Shown: positions 1 through 10,031 of the stretch, in pieces
Layout: every line of letters starts with the position of its first letter
Position numbering within the stretch: position 1 is the first letter of the stretch
Assembly (NCBI GenBank): GCA_965204575.1
Contig: OZ241993.1
Location: 960,001-1,024,000, forward strand
DNA length: 64,000 bases
Reading direction: 5' to 3'
Source of the DNA: an uncultured candidatus Porisulfidus sp.
GTDB lineage: Bacteria; Pseudomonadota; Gammaproteobacteria; Poriferisulfidales; Poriferisulfidaceae
Made by a program: the position numbers and the translations under genes
The notes under the pieces: model-generated
Databases searched by the model: none
The model's input: only the letters and a program-made list of their open reading frames with translations
What the model was told of the DNA's origin: nothing

Positions 1-855
1 GCCGTTCACATGTCCATCCTGGACCAGGCGCTGCAGCAGGCGCTTGCTGACCACCGTGTATTCCAGCGACAGGCGGGAGAATTCGATCTGCTGCGGATGG
101 CAGGGTACGTCCAGATGGTCGAGGATCCAGTCGTAAAGCAGGCGGTGATCCTCGAATTCAAGCGTACACAGGGAATGGGTGATCCCTTCCAGCGAATCGG
201 ACAGGCAGTGGGTGAAGTCGTACATGGGGTAGATCGACCAGGCATTGCCGGTGCGATGGTGTCGCTGGCGGCGGATACGGTACAACACCGGATCGCGCAT
301 GTTGATGTTGTCGGCATCCATGCTGATGCGCGCGCGCAATACGTGTGATCCTTCGGGGAATTCGCCGGCCCGCATGCGGCCGAACAGGTCCAGGTTCTCC
401 TCGATGCTGCGGTTACGGTGTGGGCTGTCGGTGCCCGGTTCGGTCAGCGTGCCCCGGGTCTCCCGGATGGTTTCGCTGTCCTGGCTGTCGACATAGGCGT
501 GTCCGTTACGGATTAGATCGACCGCATAGCCGTGCAACTGGTCGAAATAGTCCGAGGCATGGCACAGGTTGCGCCATTCATAGCCCAGCCAACGCACGTC
601 TTCTTCAATCGCGTAGGCGTATTCGGCCTCTTCCTTTTCGGGGTTGGTGTCGTCGAAGCGCAGGTTGCAGTGGCCGCCGAAGGATTCCGCCATGTCGAAA
701 TTTAGGCAGATGGACTTGGCGTGGCCGATATGCAGGTACCCGTTCGGTTCGGGGGGGAACCGGGTCACAACTCGCGAGCATTTGCCGGAGCCCAGGTCTT
801 CTTCGATGATCCGCCGGATGAAGTGGGTTTTCGGCGGAGTTTCCGGCTCGGGCAT
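1..855 (-). CDS. glnS: Glutaminyl-tRNA synthetase, 5' part (3' end runs off the window)
   Basis: Manual translation from ATG at 855: [59 protein letters not shown] (HIGH motif, GlnRS N-terminus). Absent from the ORF track because no stop lies in the window. Confidence 0.95.
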   Translation of the reverse strand, partial: MPEPETPPKTHFIRRIIEEDLGSGKCSRVVTRFPPEPNGYLHIGHAKSICLNFDMAESFGGHCNLRFDDTNPEKEEAEYAYAIEEDVRWLGYEWRNLCHASDYFDQLHGYAVDLIRNGHAYVDSQDSETIRETRGTLTEPGTDSPHRNRSIEENLDLFGRMRAGEFPEGSHVLRARISMDADNINMRDPVLYRIRRQRHHRTGNAWSIYPMYDFTHCLSDSLEGITHSLCTLEFEDHRLLYDWILDHLDVPCHPQQIEFSRLSLEYTVVSKRLLQRLVQDGHVNG

Positions 856-1109
856 TGAATAAAAGGGCTGAAAACAACTATTTTAACTGCATGGAACCTA
901 ATTCCCGGAGGAAACCTAGTTGGGGTGTCAACCTAAAGCTGAAACTTTCCTTTTTCAGTAGATCGCTCAGTCTGTATCATTTTCCGTGCTAGAATTTCCG
1001 GCGCCCAGTTCCTTGACGAAATCATTCGGAGGAATTTCAATGTCATGGACGGGCGTGCCGCAAACGAGCCTGCCTGCCTTTCTAGGCTCACCCCCTCTTT
1101 AATCATTTT

Positions 1110-2519
1110 TTATTTCCCTTCCGGCTCCAGCTCGGTTTCGGTCACTTCTGCCGAGATCGAGCCGTCGGAAACCCGCAATTCGAGGGCATCACCGACACGG
1201 GTCTGGCTGGTCTTCCGGATTAATTCAGGTCCGGACGGAGCCTTCAGGGTCGCGATCGCATAGCCGCGCTCGAGGGTGCGCAACGGGCTGACCGCCTCAA
1301 GGGTTCCACTCGCTTGCTTTAGTCTGGCGCGCAAGGCTCGGTGCAGGTTCCGGGTTGCCGCATTGATCCGCCACCGGTATTGCTGGATTGCCTGCTCCAA
1401 CCTGGCCAGGCGCGGGGTCGGTGAGCAGGCAAGCAGGCGGCGGTGGGCCAGGGCCAACTGATGCTGCCGTCGCTCCATCCGTTGGCGGAGTACCTGAACC
1501 AGGTGTTCGGATGTCTCATCCAGTCGCTGCTGGTGTCCCCTGATTTGGGCAGCCGGGTGGGCCAGCTCGAGCCGGTGGCTTTGAGTGTCCAGTTCCCGAT
1601 AGACCTGTTTCAGGCGAAGGCCGAGGAAACTATGGAGTCGCCCCAGAAATCTCAGGCCTTGCTGTCTGAGCGAAGCCATGTCCGGGCTTGCCTGTTCCGC
1701 TGCTGCAGTCGGAGTGGCTGCTCGGACATCGGCAGCGAAATCGGCCAGGGAGGTGTCGGTCTCGTGACCGATTCCGGTAATCAGAGGAATCGGGCAGGCG
1801 GCGACCGCCCGCACGACCGCCTCGTGGCTGAAAGCCAAGAGGTCTTCGAAGCTGCCGCCTCCCCGCGCCAGGATCAGGACCTCGCACCGGTCATCCCGGG
1901 AAGCGAGGGAAAGGGCCTCGGCTAACGAAGCTGGAGCTTCTTCGCCTTGGACTCTTGACGGGTAGACGCAAAGCCGGGCGATTGGCCAACGCCGACGCAG
2001 GGTCCGCGCCACGTCCCGCAATGCCGCACCGTCGGTCGAGGTGATCACGCCGATCATCATGGGGTAGGGGGGCAGGGCCTGCTTTCGCTGCGGGTCGAAC
2101 AGCCCTTCGTCTCTGAGCTTAGCCTTCAATTCCTCCAGACGCCGCAACAATTCTCCCCGGCCTTCCGGCTCCATGTCCTCGACGACCAGTTGGTAGCTGC
2201 CCCGCTGTACGTACAGGTCGACCCGAGCCCGGACCCGAATGGCGTCCCCGTCTTGGGGGGCGAACGAAACCCGCTGGTTCCGGTTGCGGAACATGGCGCA
2301 ACGGATTTCCGAGTCCGGGTCCTTTAGGGTGAAGTACCAGTGGCCGGAGGCGTATCGCTTCAGGCCGCTGATCTCCCCGCGCACGATAACTTCCGAAAAG
2401 TTTTCCAGCAGGAGCGTCCGGACCTGCTGGTTGATTTCGGCGACGGTATAGACGAGGGAGGCGGGCACGGGATTTCGAAGAAATAGCCTCCACGATTGTA
2501 GGCTATATGCTAAAATCAA
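1110..2519 (-). CDS. xseA: Exodeoxyribonuclease VII large subunit (true start probably GTG ~2468)
   Basis: VRGEISG, SGHWYFTLKD, GVITSTDGAALRD, ARGGGSFEDL, GIGHETD, TPTAAAE, SPLRTLERGYA motifs. Confidence 0.95.
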   Translation of the reverse strand: MILAYSLQSWRLFLRNPVPASLVYTVAEINQQVRTLLLENFSEVIVRGEISGLKRYASGHWYFTLKDPDSEIRCAMFRNRNQRVSFAPQDGDAIRVRARVDLYVQRGSYQLVVEDMEPEGRGELLRRLEELKAKLRDEGLFDPQRKQALPPYPMMIGVITSTDGAALRDVARTLRRRWPIARLCVYPSRVQGEEAPASLAEALSLASRDDRCEVLILARGGGSFEDLLAFSHEAVVRAVAACPIPLITGIGHETDTSLADFAADVRAATPTAAAEQASPDMASLRQQGLRFLGRLHSFLGLRLKQVYRELDTQSHRLELAHPAAQIRGHQQRLDETSEHLVQVLRQRMERRQHQLALAHRRLLACSPTPRLARLEQAIQQYRWRINAATRNLHRALRARLKQASGTLEAVSPLRTLERGYAIATLKAPSGPELIRKTSQTRVGDALELRVSDGSISAEVTETELEPEGK

Positions 2520-2534
2520 AACCCGGCCGAGTGA

Positions 2535-2611
<77 letters not shown>

Positions 2612-2633
2612 CCGCAGTTGACTTTAGGAATAG

Positions 2634-2652
2634 GGAGCCTCTTGGCTCCTTT
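2634..2652 (+). terminator. Putative intrinsic terminator after tRNA-fMet
   Basis: Hairpin GGAGCC-TCTT-GGCTCC followed by a short T tract (TTT). Confidence 0.5.
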
Positions 2653-2873
2653 CCGTTCATATAGCCCTCCACATAGTGTTTCAGCCCTTCGCCCGCATGG
2701 CCGAAGCCATGGCGCGCATAGTCCTGTTGACCAAGGCGAGAAACTCTTCGCGACTACGTGGGTGCGCTGATCATCAGTGCCCGGCGCTGGCTGGAGGAGA
2801 ACGAACAGGGGTTGATCATCGACCTGTACCGACCCCTGTTTGTTGAGCATCCCGGAACGGGGTCGGATGAGGG

Positions 2874-3326
2874 CTAGTTGCGGGCGTAGATCGCCTCCGC
2901 GTAACGCTTTAATCCTTCAGCCACATCGATAAAACCGCGGCGCATGTAGCCCCCGTTCAGCAGCAAGACTACCGGAGCCATCAAACCGGTCAGTTGGTCC
3001 GTGTTGTGATAGGTGCAGCGGGTTTCATCCACTGGCTCCAGGATCTGCTGCCGCACCGCAACCAGGAACCAGCGGGCTCCGAACGTCTTGGTCCAGGCGA
3101 TAAGCTCGGGCTTCTCGAACGCGCACACGGTTTCGGTGATCTTCATCATCGTCGGTCCCATTCTGACCCGCAGGTGTACAGGCGACCCGATCTTGAAATC
3201 CGTTTGAGCCTGCGGCGTGAACGGGTTCCACTCTCCGTATTTTCCGACCTCGGTCAAGACGCCCCAGACAAAGCCAATTGGCGCGTTGATCTGAATGGGG
3301 TCGGTGCGGACTTCAAATTTTCTCAT
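2874..3326 (-). CDS. SRPBCC/polyketide cyclase-like ligand-binding protein
   Basis: IQINAPIGFVWGVLTEVGKYGEWNPF..GLKRYAE pattern; start MRKFEVR at 3326 overlaps the upstream SDR end. Confidence 0.8.
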   Translation of the reverse strand: MRKFEVRTDPIQINAPIGFVWGVLTEVGKYGEWNPFTPQAQTDFKIGSPVHLRVRMGPTMMKITETVCAFEKPELIAWTKTFGARWFLVAVRQQILEPVDETRCTYHNTDQLTGLMAPVVLLLNGGYMRRGFIDVAEGLKRYAEAIYARN

Positions 3327-4323
3327 GCTCGCCTCCGTCGGGTTTCTTGAGCGTTGAAACCCATGCCTCCGATTGCTCCCACAGTTGCTTCGACACGGTC
3401 TCGTCCTTGCTCTCGTCAGTCGATTCCCCGATCTTGCAACGTACATAATACTGCCCGCCTTGCAGGGGAGACTGGCTGGCGCACATCACGGTGGTTTGCG
3501 CGCCATGCGTTCGGTGCAGCATGACCAGGGGCGCCAGTACGGAACTGACTCGGACCCAGATGTCTCCGATCTTCCCTTTCGGGATTCCCATCCGCGCCAT
3601 GTTGGTGTCGACGGAACCCGGATGCACGGCCATTGAGTGCAGGTTGTACTCTTTTGCGAACCGCCTCTCGATTTCGCGCGAAAAGTGAACCATCGCCAGT
3701 TTCGACCGTCCGTACGCGCTCAGGGAATGGTAGGTTTTTTCGTCGTTGAACAGGTCCTCGTTCTTGCCCTGGTCGTGCAGGTGGGAAGATACGTTGACGA
3801 CTCGCACATCCCCGCTTTCCAGTCCGCTTTGCTTCAGGAGCGGCAGCAGCAGGCTCGTCAGATGGAAGGATCCGAGATAGTTGGTACGCCAGTGGATCTC
3901 GAAGCCGTCCTCGGTCAGGGGCATCTTTTTCCATGGTTTGAGGACCTCTTTCAGAATGCCCGCATTGTTGACCAGTACGTGCAGTTTTCCGTCATGGCTT
4001 TCCCGGTACCACGTTGCAAAATCGCTGACGCTGTCGCTGTCGCACAGGTCCAATGAGCGGACCGCGACGTTGTTCTCGTCGACGCCGCTCTTGCGCAGGT
4101 CGTCCTTCAGGGACTCTTCCGCTTGCGCGACGTGACGCCGACTGGTGGCGACGACCGATGCGCCCCAACCTGCAAGGATTCTGGCGGTTTCATAACCGAG
4201 GGAATGGGGGCTCGCGCCGGTCACGATGACGTTCCGACCGGACATGTCGACTTTTTTCGCCATCGGTTTGGGGGTGAGAAGGCACCACACATGCTTGGCG
4301 GTTTTGGAGAGGGCGCGTGACAT
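3313..4323 (-). CDS. SDR family NAD(P)-dependent oxidoreductase (retinol dehydrogenase-like)
   Basis: VIVTGASPHSLG, LVNNAG, DGFEIHWRTNYLG, VVNVSS, YGRSK catalytic motif, VHPGSVDT. Confidence 0.88.
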   Translation of the reverse strand: MSRALSKTAKHVWCLLTPKPMAKKVDMSGRNVIVTGASPHSLGYETARILAGWGASVVATSRRHVAQAEESLKDDLRKSGVDENNVAVRSLDLCDSDSVSDFATWYRESHDGKLHVLVNNAGILKEVLKPWKKMPLTEDGFEIHWRTNYLGSFHLTSLLLPLLKQSGLESGDVRVVNVSSHLHDQGKNEDLFNDEKTYHSLSAYGRSKLAMVHFSREIERRFAKEYNLHSMAVHPGSVDTNMARMGIPKGKIGDIWVRVSSVLAPLVMLHRTHGAQTTVMCASQSPLQGGQYYVRCKIGESTDESKDETVSKQLWEQSEAWVSTLKKPDGGEHEKI

Positions 4324-4338
4324 TTTTTGGCGAAAGAG

Positions 4339-5109
4339 TTAGAGGGATTCCCGCGATTTTGCCACTAGGGCCTCACTGGCTTCCCATAAGCGGGTCCCAT
4401 TTTTCGGATCTGATGCGGCTGGCGAGACGGATTTCTTGTGCATCAGGTGCAGGTACATGCCCGTGGTTTCGCCTGCCGCTTCCGCGCAGCACAGGCAGAT
4501 GGCGGGCCCGATGGCTTTTTCCGGAGGCGGGAAGAGTAATCTTAATGCCGGGTGGATGATTGGTTTCAGCGGCAGCGGCGCATCTCTGGCGATATTCGTG
4601 GCAACCCCTCCGGGGCATATCGCGTGCACCGCGGCCTCCACATTGTCGCCGGAGTTGAGGCGCCGGGAAAGTTCGGTGTCGAACGTGCACGGGATCAGCT
4701 TGCTCAGGCCGTAGTGTTTCAGGCCTTCTTTCATGCCGTAGTCGGCGAATGCACCGAAGCGCTCGAAGTCGATGGCATGGGAAGACCGGTGCGACTCGGA
4801 GGAGACAAAGACGATGCGCGGGGTCTTGACCGCCCTGCGCGGCATCAACCCGGCATTCATCAGTGCGATGTCGATGCGAATCTCGCGCTGGCTCAGGCGG
4901 TCGCAGAAACGGTGCACGGATTCGAGGTCGGCGAGATCCGTCTCCATCATCTCCTCGGTTTCGGAGCCGGACAGCCGCTTGATTTCATCGCAGGTGTCGA
5001 CATGTCCGGGTCGGCAGGCCAGGATCATGTTCCCGCCCCGCCTTGCGAGTTCGATTGCAGCAGCTCGGCCCAGGCCGCCCGCCCGAGCCACATGCCGCCG
5101 CCGGATCAT
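4339..5109 (-). pseudogene. Degenerate SDR oxidoreductase (5'-truncated, internal deletion)
   Basis: Retains GLGRAAAIELA, MNAG, VFVSS, YGLSK and CPGGVAT, but lacks the TGA part of the Rossmann motif and the DGFE..N.LG helix found in the neighbouring SDR. Confidence 0.6.
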
Positions 5110-5298
5110 CCGTGGCGGAAGATGGGGCAGGCAACGGCCGCGCTGGCTGAGGCGCGAAACGCCCGACCCGCTTCTTCAACCGGCGTGAATCCTTGAAAAA
5201 TCTAGCCGATGAGCGGCTCGGCGCTTGACGAATCGGGGATTTCCATGAAATCCCGGGCTGCCGCCCGCCCGCCCAACCGAAAAAGGGAAAATTTTAAC

Positions 5299-5355
5299 TT
5301 TGTGTTGACACAAATCCGTGAAGCGCCCAAACTTCTTCCTTGTCATACGATACAA
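5299..5355. promoter_or_regulatory. Palindromic candidate operator(s) upstream of the TonB receptor
   Basis: TTTGTGT-TG-ACACAAA (5299-5314, contains TTGACA) and TTGTCATACGATACAA (5340-5355). Confidence 0.35.
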
Positions 5356-5382
5356 AGTCATATCTACTCTGGGAGACCCGGC

Positions 5383-8040
5383 ATGGAGCTAGGCAAAAGC
5401 ATTCCACTGTCCGTGACTTTCGGCCTGTCTTTGTTGCTTGCCGGAACTTGGCCGTCGGTCGTTCTGGCCGAAGAGGAAGAGGTTGAGGAACTGGTCGTCA
5501 TTGGGACTCGTGCCCAGCCCCGTTCGGTCATGGATTCCTCGGTTCCCATCGACGTGATCGACAGCGAGAGCCTCATCGACCAAGGTTCCAGCGACATGAA
5601 TTTCATGCTGCGTACTCTCGTGCCGTCATTTCATGTGAATATGCAGCCGGGCCGTGATGCATCAGCGTTACAGAACCCGATCAATTTGAGGGCATTGGCG
5701 CCGGACCATACGCTGATCTTGGTGAACGGGAAGCGCCGCCACCGTGCTGCAACCATCACGTGGCTCTCCGACGGACGATCGAATGGCGCTCAGGGTCCGG
5801 ACATCTCCGTCATTCCCGGGATCGCCCTGAAACAAGTGGAGGTGCTGCGAGACGGGGCTGCGGCCCAGTATGGTTCGGATGCAATCGCTGGTGTGATCAA
5901 TTTTGTCCTAAAAGACGATTCGGAGGGTGGGGAACTCGAATTCCGCTATGGGCGATACGATGAGGGCAACAACGAGGAAAAAACCCGCGTATCCGGAAAT
6001 CTGGGCATGCCGCTCACTGATAATGGATTCGCCAACGTCAGTTTTGAATACAGCTCGGATTCCCCGACGGTCCGCAGTGTCCTGCGCGACGACGTCAGGG
6101 GAATGATCGAGGGAGGCAACACCCATATCGACGATCCTGCACATGTCTGGGGAAGCCCTGACATTCACGGCAACATCAAGACCTTCTTCAACCTGGGCAT
6201 GGATGTGGATGCGGACAGACAACTGTATTCGTTCGGCAACTATTCCCGCCGGAAGGTCACCACTGGATTCTTCTACCGTGAACCCGAAGATGAGACCGGA
6301 GTGTTCACACAGCAGGTAAAAAAGGACTTAAACAACGATGGCGATACTGAAGACATGGGAGAGATCTACCATGTACCCCTAATTTACGACCGAACTACGC
6401 CAGGCAGAAATTACATTAAAGAGCCAACCACAGAGCAAGGACTGGCCACGACAAATTGCGAGCAATACCTGAATCACATGGCAACCCAAGACTTCCAAAT
6501 AGGAGCTGACGGATTGCCGATGGATCTGGCAGGGCTCTTGAGAGATGACAACTGTTTTTCCTACCACGAGTGGTTCCCGGGCGGGTTCCAGCCCCGGTTT
6601 GGAGGCAACGTGACCGACTATTCCTTGGTTGTGGGGTTGAAGGGCGAAATCAACCGCCTGTCGTACGACATCAGCGCCAGCCTCGGCGAGAACGAGGCCG
6701 AATACTTCCTCCACAATTCGGTGAACCCCTCCTGGGGGCCCGATAGCCCGACTTCGTTCGATCTGGGCTCCTACATCCAGAAGGAAACGAACGTCAACAT
6801 CGATTTGGCGTACATGGCCGATGTCGGGCTCGCCTCGGACCTCAATGTCGCGGCGGGCCTTGAGTGGCGCGAGGAGCGATTTGAGATTACCCGGGGCCAG
6901 CGCGAATCCTGGGACAAGGGTGAATACGTCCTCAGCGGATCCAGGAACGGATCCAACGGCTTCAACGGATTCGGCCCGACGGCGGAGGGCAAATGGGACC
7001 GCGAGAACATCGCGGCATACCTGGATCTTGAAGTGGATGTGCAGCCGAACTGGACGGTCGGCGGGGCGGTTCGCTGGGAAGACTTCGATGATTTCGGAAC
7101 CGAAACCACGGTCAAGGTATCCACCCGGATTCAGGCTTCGGAAGTGCTCGCCCTGCGCGGTTCTTTCGGCACCGGTTTTCGTGCACCGACGCCCGGACAG
7201 CAAAATGCGTACAACGTCAGTACGATCTTTGATCCACTTACCGTGGAGCCGGTCGATTCCGGGACGGTCCCCTCGAACAGTGCCCTGGCCAAGGCATTCG
7301 GAGGCAAGACACTGGAACCGGAAGAATCCGACAACTTCACGGTGGGGGCCATCTTTGAACTGGATGCCCTGAACATCACCGTGGACTACTTCCGGATTGA
7401 CGTGGAGGATCGCATCTTCCTCTCCGAGCAGATCAAGATCCAAGACGTAGAGGGCGCAGAAGACGATGAAGGTAACGTAATCGGCGATGGCATGGTCGAC
7501 GGATACCCAACCGTGGCAATTGCTGACGTGCCGGGCTTCGATTCGATCCGGTTCTTCGAGAACGATTTCGACACCAAGACTGACGGTTTCGATGTCGTCG
7601 TGACGTATTCGACAGCGAGCGACATGGGCGACACGGACTTCCTCTTGTCGTACAACCGTACCGAGACCGAAGTCGCCAAGTCCAGCAATTTGAGCGCAAG
7701 CGGAATCAAGTGGCTCGAGGAGGGGGCGCCGGAAACCCGTTACGGCGCGACCGTCAATCACGAAATGGGCGATTGGAAATTCCTGCTGCGTTACCACCAC
7801 TTCGGTGACTGGTATTCCGGCTACGATACCGAGGACTACGACGGCTACGGTTTGGCGGACATCGGCATCACCCGCCGGATCAACAGCCATGCCAGCGTGA
7901 CGCTGGGTTCCGACAACGTCCTGGATGAGACGCCGGACCGTTCCGTGCGGAGGTTTTTCCGTGGCAACAAGTATCCCCGTTTCTCCCCGGGCGGGATCGA
8001 CGGACGCTTCATTTATGCCCGCGCCCGGCTGGAGTTTTAA
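5383..8040 (+). CDS. TonB-dependent outer membrane receptor
   Basis: Signal peptide, TonB-box-like EELVVIGTR, plug motifs (LILVNGKRR, VEVLRDGAAAQYGSDAIAGVINF), LEPEESDN, C-terminal F. ATG at 5383 follows GGGAG. Confidence 0.93.
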   Translation: MELGKSIPLSVTFGLSLLLAGTWPSVVLAEEEEVEELVVIGTRAQPRSVMDSSVPIDVIDSESLIDQGSSDMNFMLRTLVPSFHVNMQPGRDASALQNPINLRALAPDHTLILVNGKRRHRAATITWLSDGRSNGAQGPDISVIPGIALKQVEVLRDGAAAQYGSDAIAGVINFVLKDDSEGGELEFRYGRYDEGNNEEKTRVSGNLGMPLTDNGFANVSFEYSSDSPTVRSVLRDDVRGMIEGGNTHIDDPAHVWGSPDIHGNIKTFFNLGMDVDADRQLYSFGNYSRRKVTTGFFYREPEDETGVFTQQVKKDLNNDGDTEDMGEIYHVPLIYDRTTPGRNYIKEPTTEQGLATTNCEQYLNHMATQDFQIGADGLPMDLAGLLRDDNCFSYHEWFPGGFQPRFGGNVTDYSLVVGLKGEINRLSYDISASLGENEAEYFLHNSVNPSWGPDSPTSFDLGSYIQKETNVNIDLAYMADVGLASDLNVAAGLEWREERFEITRGQRESWDKGEYVLSGSRNGSNGFNGFGPTAEGKWDRENIAAYLDLEVDVQPNWTVGGAVRWEDFDDFGTETTVKVSTRIQASEVLALRGSFGTGFRAPTPGQQNAYNVSTIFDPLTVEPVDSGTVPSNSALAKAFGGKTLEPEESDNFTVGAIFELDALNITVDYFRIDVEDRIFLSEQIKIQDVEGAEDDEGNVIGDGMVDGYPTVAIADVPGFDSIRFFENDFDTKTDGFDVVVTYSTASDMGDTDFLLSYNRTETEVAKSSNLSASGIKWLEEGAPETRYGATVNHEMGDWKFLLRYHHFGDWYSGYDTEDYDGYGLADIGITRRINSHASVTLGSDNVLDETPDRSVRRFFRGNKYPRFSPGGIDGRFIYARARLEF

Positions 8041-8136
8041 GCAGATTGGTGAGTCTACAGGCCGATTCCGACGCTTGGGAATTGACTGTTCAGTCGAGTC
8101 GATCAGGCGCCAAGGTTTTGCGCAGGTGAGTCAGCG

Positions 8137-9330
8137 CTAATCGCTTTCCCACTCATTTCCGGGCATATTCCGCCGCATAAATCGATCAAACAGCGGAACT
8201 GTAAATGCCGTATCACCATGATTCGGGCTCCAAATCACACCGCTTTTGATTAGATTGCCCCTGGTCGGGGCAACGCTTGAAACCTCTCGCCCGAGGCGCT
8301 TGGCGATTTCACCAGATCGATGGGGTCCGGGTCCGAGGTCGGCCATCGCCCGGAGATATTTCGTCTCAAACGGCCTGAGGCGATCTAGCCGAACGCGGAA
8401 AAAACTGTCATCTAACGCAGCAATCGCCATGTCTGAGGCATTCTTAACATCGGTGAGCGAAATTGGAGATTGAGCCGCACAGTCCCAGGAGTGCTTGCCC
8501 CATTCCTGGAGAAAGTATGGGTAGCCTTCCGTCTGTCGAATAATTTCGGTCACCGCATCACTGGTATAGGTGGCATTTTCTTCTTCGGCTGGTCGGAGGA
8601 TGGCTGCCTTGGCCGACTCCTCATCCAGTGCCCCCACATTTGGAAATTCGAATAACCGCTCAGCATATGATTTTGCCTGGCCCGTACGGCCTCTCAACTG
8701 AGGAAGTCCTGCGCCAATCAATGTAATGGGCAGTTGACGCTGTGCACAGCGATGCAATGCACAAATCAAAGCAGCCAGTTGCTCTTCTTCTACGTATTGC
8801 AATTCATCAATGAACATCACGACAGCTGTGTTCGCTTTTTGTGCGATCGTTCCGACTGTCTCCAGCAGGGCCGACATATCCTGCTCTAGGTTCCCCTGGT
8901 CGGCGAGCCCGGGTTCGGGTTCAAAATCGAGAGCAACCTCAATGTCTGCATATTTGAGTTTCAGCACTTTGGCAAAACCGGCAAGTGCTTGGAATCCCCT
9001 TTCGACCATATCCCTCACTCGTTCGACTTGGCTGAGCTTCAACAAGGTAATTCGAAGTTGTAACGCCAAGAGGGTGGGAAGTGATCTTTCCTCTGGTGCC
9101 TCAATGCGGAGGGTGTAAAGTTCCATGGATTCGGCGTTCTCGCGAATCTTTTCCAGCAATACGGTTTTTCCGACTCCTCGCAAGCCGACCATTAAAATTC
9201 CTCTGGAGGGCTTTCCACGACGGAATCGTTCCATGGCAATCCGCGCCTGTTCGCATATGTCATCTCGCCCAGCGAGTTCTGGAGGTGGGGTTCCCGCACC
9301 AGGAGAGTAGGGGTTTTGAATTGGGTCCAT
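8137..9330 (-). CDS. AAA+ ATPase (AAA_16-like) with probable C-terminal winged helix
   Basis: NPYSPGAGTPPPELAGRD, Walker A GLRGVGKT, Walker B VMFIDELQ, GYPYFLQEWG; lower GC than its flanks. Confidence 0.85.
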   Translation of the reverse strand: MDPIQNPYSPGAGTPPPELAGRDDICEQARIAMERFRRGKPSRGILMVGLRGVGKTVLLEKIRENAESMELYTLRIEAPEERSLPTLLALQLRITLLKLSQVERVRDMVERGFQALAGFAKVLKLKYADIEVALDFEPEPGLADQGNLEQDMSALLETVGTIAQKANTAVVMFIDELQYVEEEQLAALICALHRCAQRQLPITLIGAGLPQLRGRTGQAKSYAERLFEFPNVGALDEESAKAAILRPAEEENATYTSDAVTEIIRQTEGYPYFLQEWGKHSWDCAAQSPISLTDVKNASDMAIAALDDSFFRVRLDRLRPFETKYLRAMADLGPGPHRSGEIAKRLGREVSSVAPTRGNLIKSGVIWSPNHGDTAFTVPLFDRFMRRNMPGNEWESD

Positions 9331-9481
9331 GAACCGGATTATACATAAATTAGTAAAGTTATAGAAAAAACATAAACTCGATAAACTCAATATGATTGTA
9401 CTTGGGTTTCAGCGGAACACAGAGACCTCTGACCTGTAATTGGACAAGTAAAAATTTGATAAATAATGAGTTTTCATCACC

Positions 9482-10024
9482 CTATGCTTTCGGAAACTCC
9501 TTTTCAACCAGAACCTCGTAGCGAGGGCCAGCAGGCAGCAGTTCCGACGCAATCAAGGCGCACCGGCATGCCGTCCACCGGATCTCGGGGGTCGGGTCTT
9601 CCGACAGTTTTTCCTGCGGGTCGGCCTTGCGAATCAGAGTGATGTGAGGGCGATAGGCCCCCTTTCCGACGCGCAGGCCGATTTTCCTGACCTGCCGACG
9701 CAAGGATTGATGCAAGAGCCCGAGTTCCGGGGGAGGCTCGGAAGGACCGACCCACAGGATGCGGGCATTGTTTTGCCGGAATCCCCCGAGCGTGTCGAGC
9801 GTCAGGTCGAATGATTCTCCTTCGATGCCCGCGGCGATGCCGCGAACCGCATTCACCTCGTCGGCTTCGACATGGCCGAGGAACAGCAAGGTCAGGTGCA
9901 GGTTTTCCGCAGGAACGGGACGTCCACCTGCCTGACTCAAGTTTTTTTGCAACTGGCGCAATTGCTTGCGCACGGCCTCATCGGGCAGCAATGCAAAAAA
10001 CAGTCGCTGCGGTGAGTCCGGCAA
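9482..10024 (-). CDS. thpR: RNA 2',3'-cyclic phosphodiesterase (2'-5' RNA ligase)
   Basis: RLFFAL and two HxT motifs (LHLTLLFLG, PHITL); TTG start ~10024 inside ORF 9482-10150. Confidence 0.88.
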   Translation of the reverse strand: MPDSPQRLFFALLPDEAVRKQLRQLQKNLSQAGGRPVPAENLHLTLLFLGHVEADEVNAVRGIAAGIEGESFDLTLDTLGGFRQNNARILWVGPSEPPPELGLLHQSLRRQVRKIGLRVGKGAYRPHITLIRKADPQEKLSEDPTPEIRWTACRCALIASELLPAGPRYEVLVEKEFPKA

Positions 10025-10031
10025 GTCGCGG

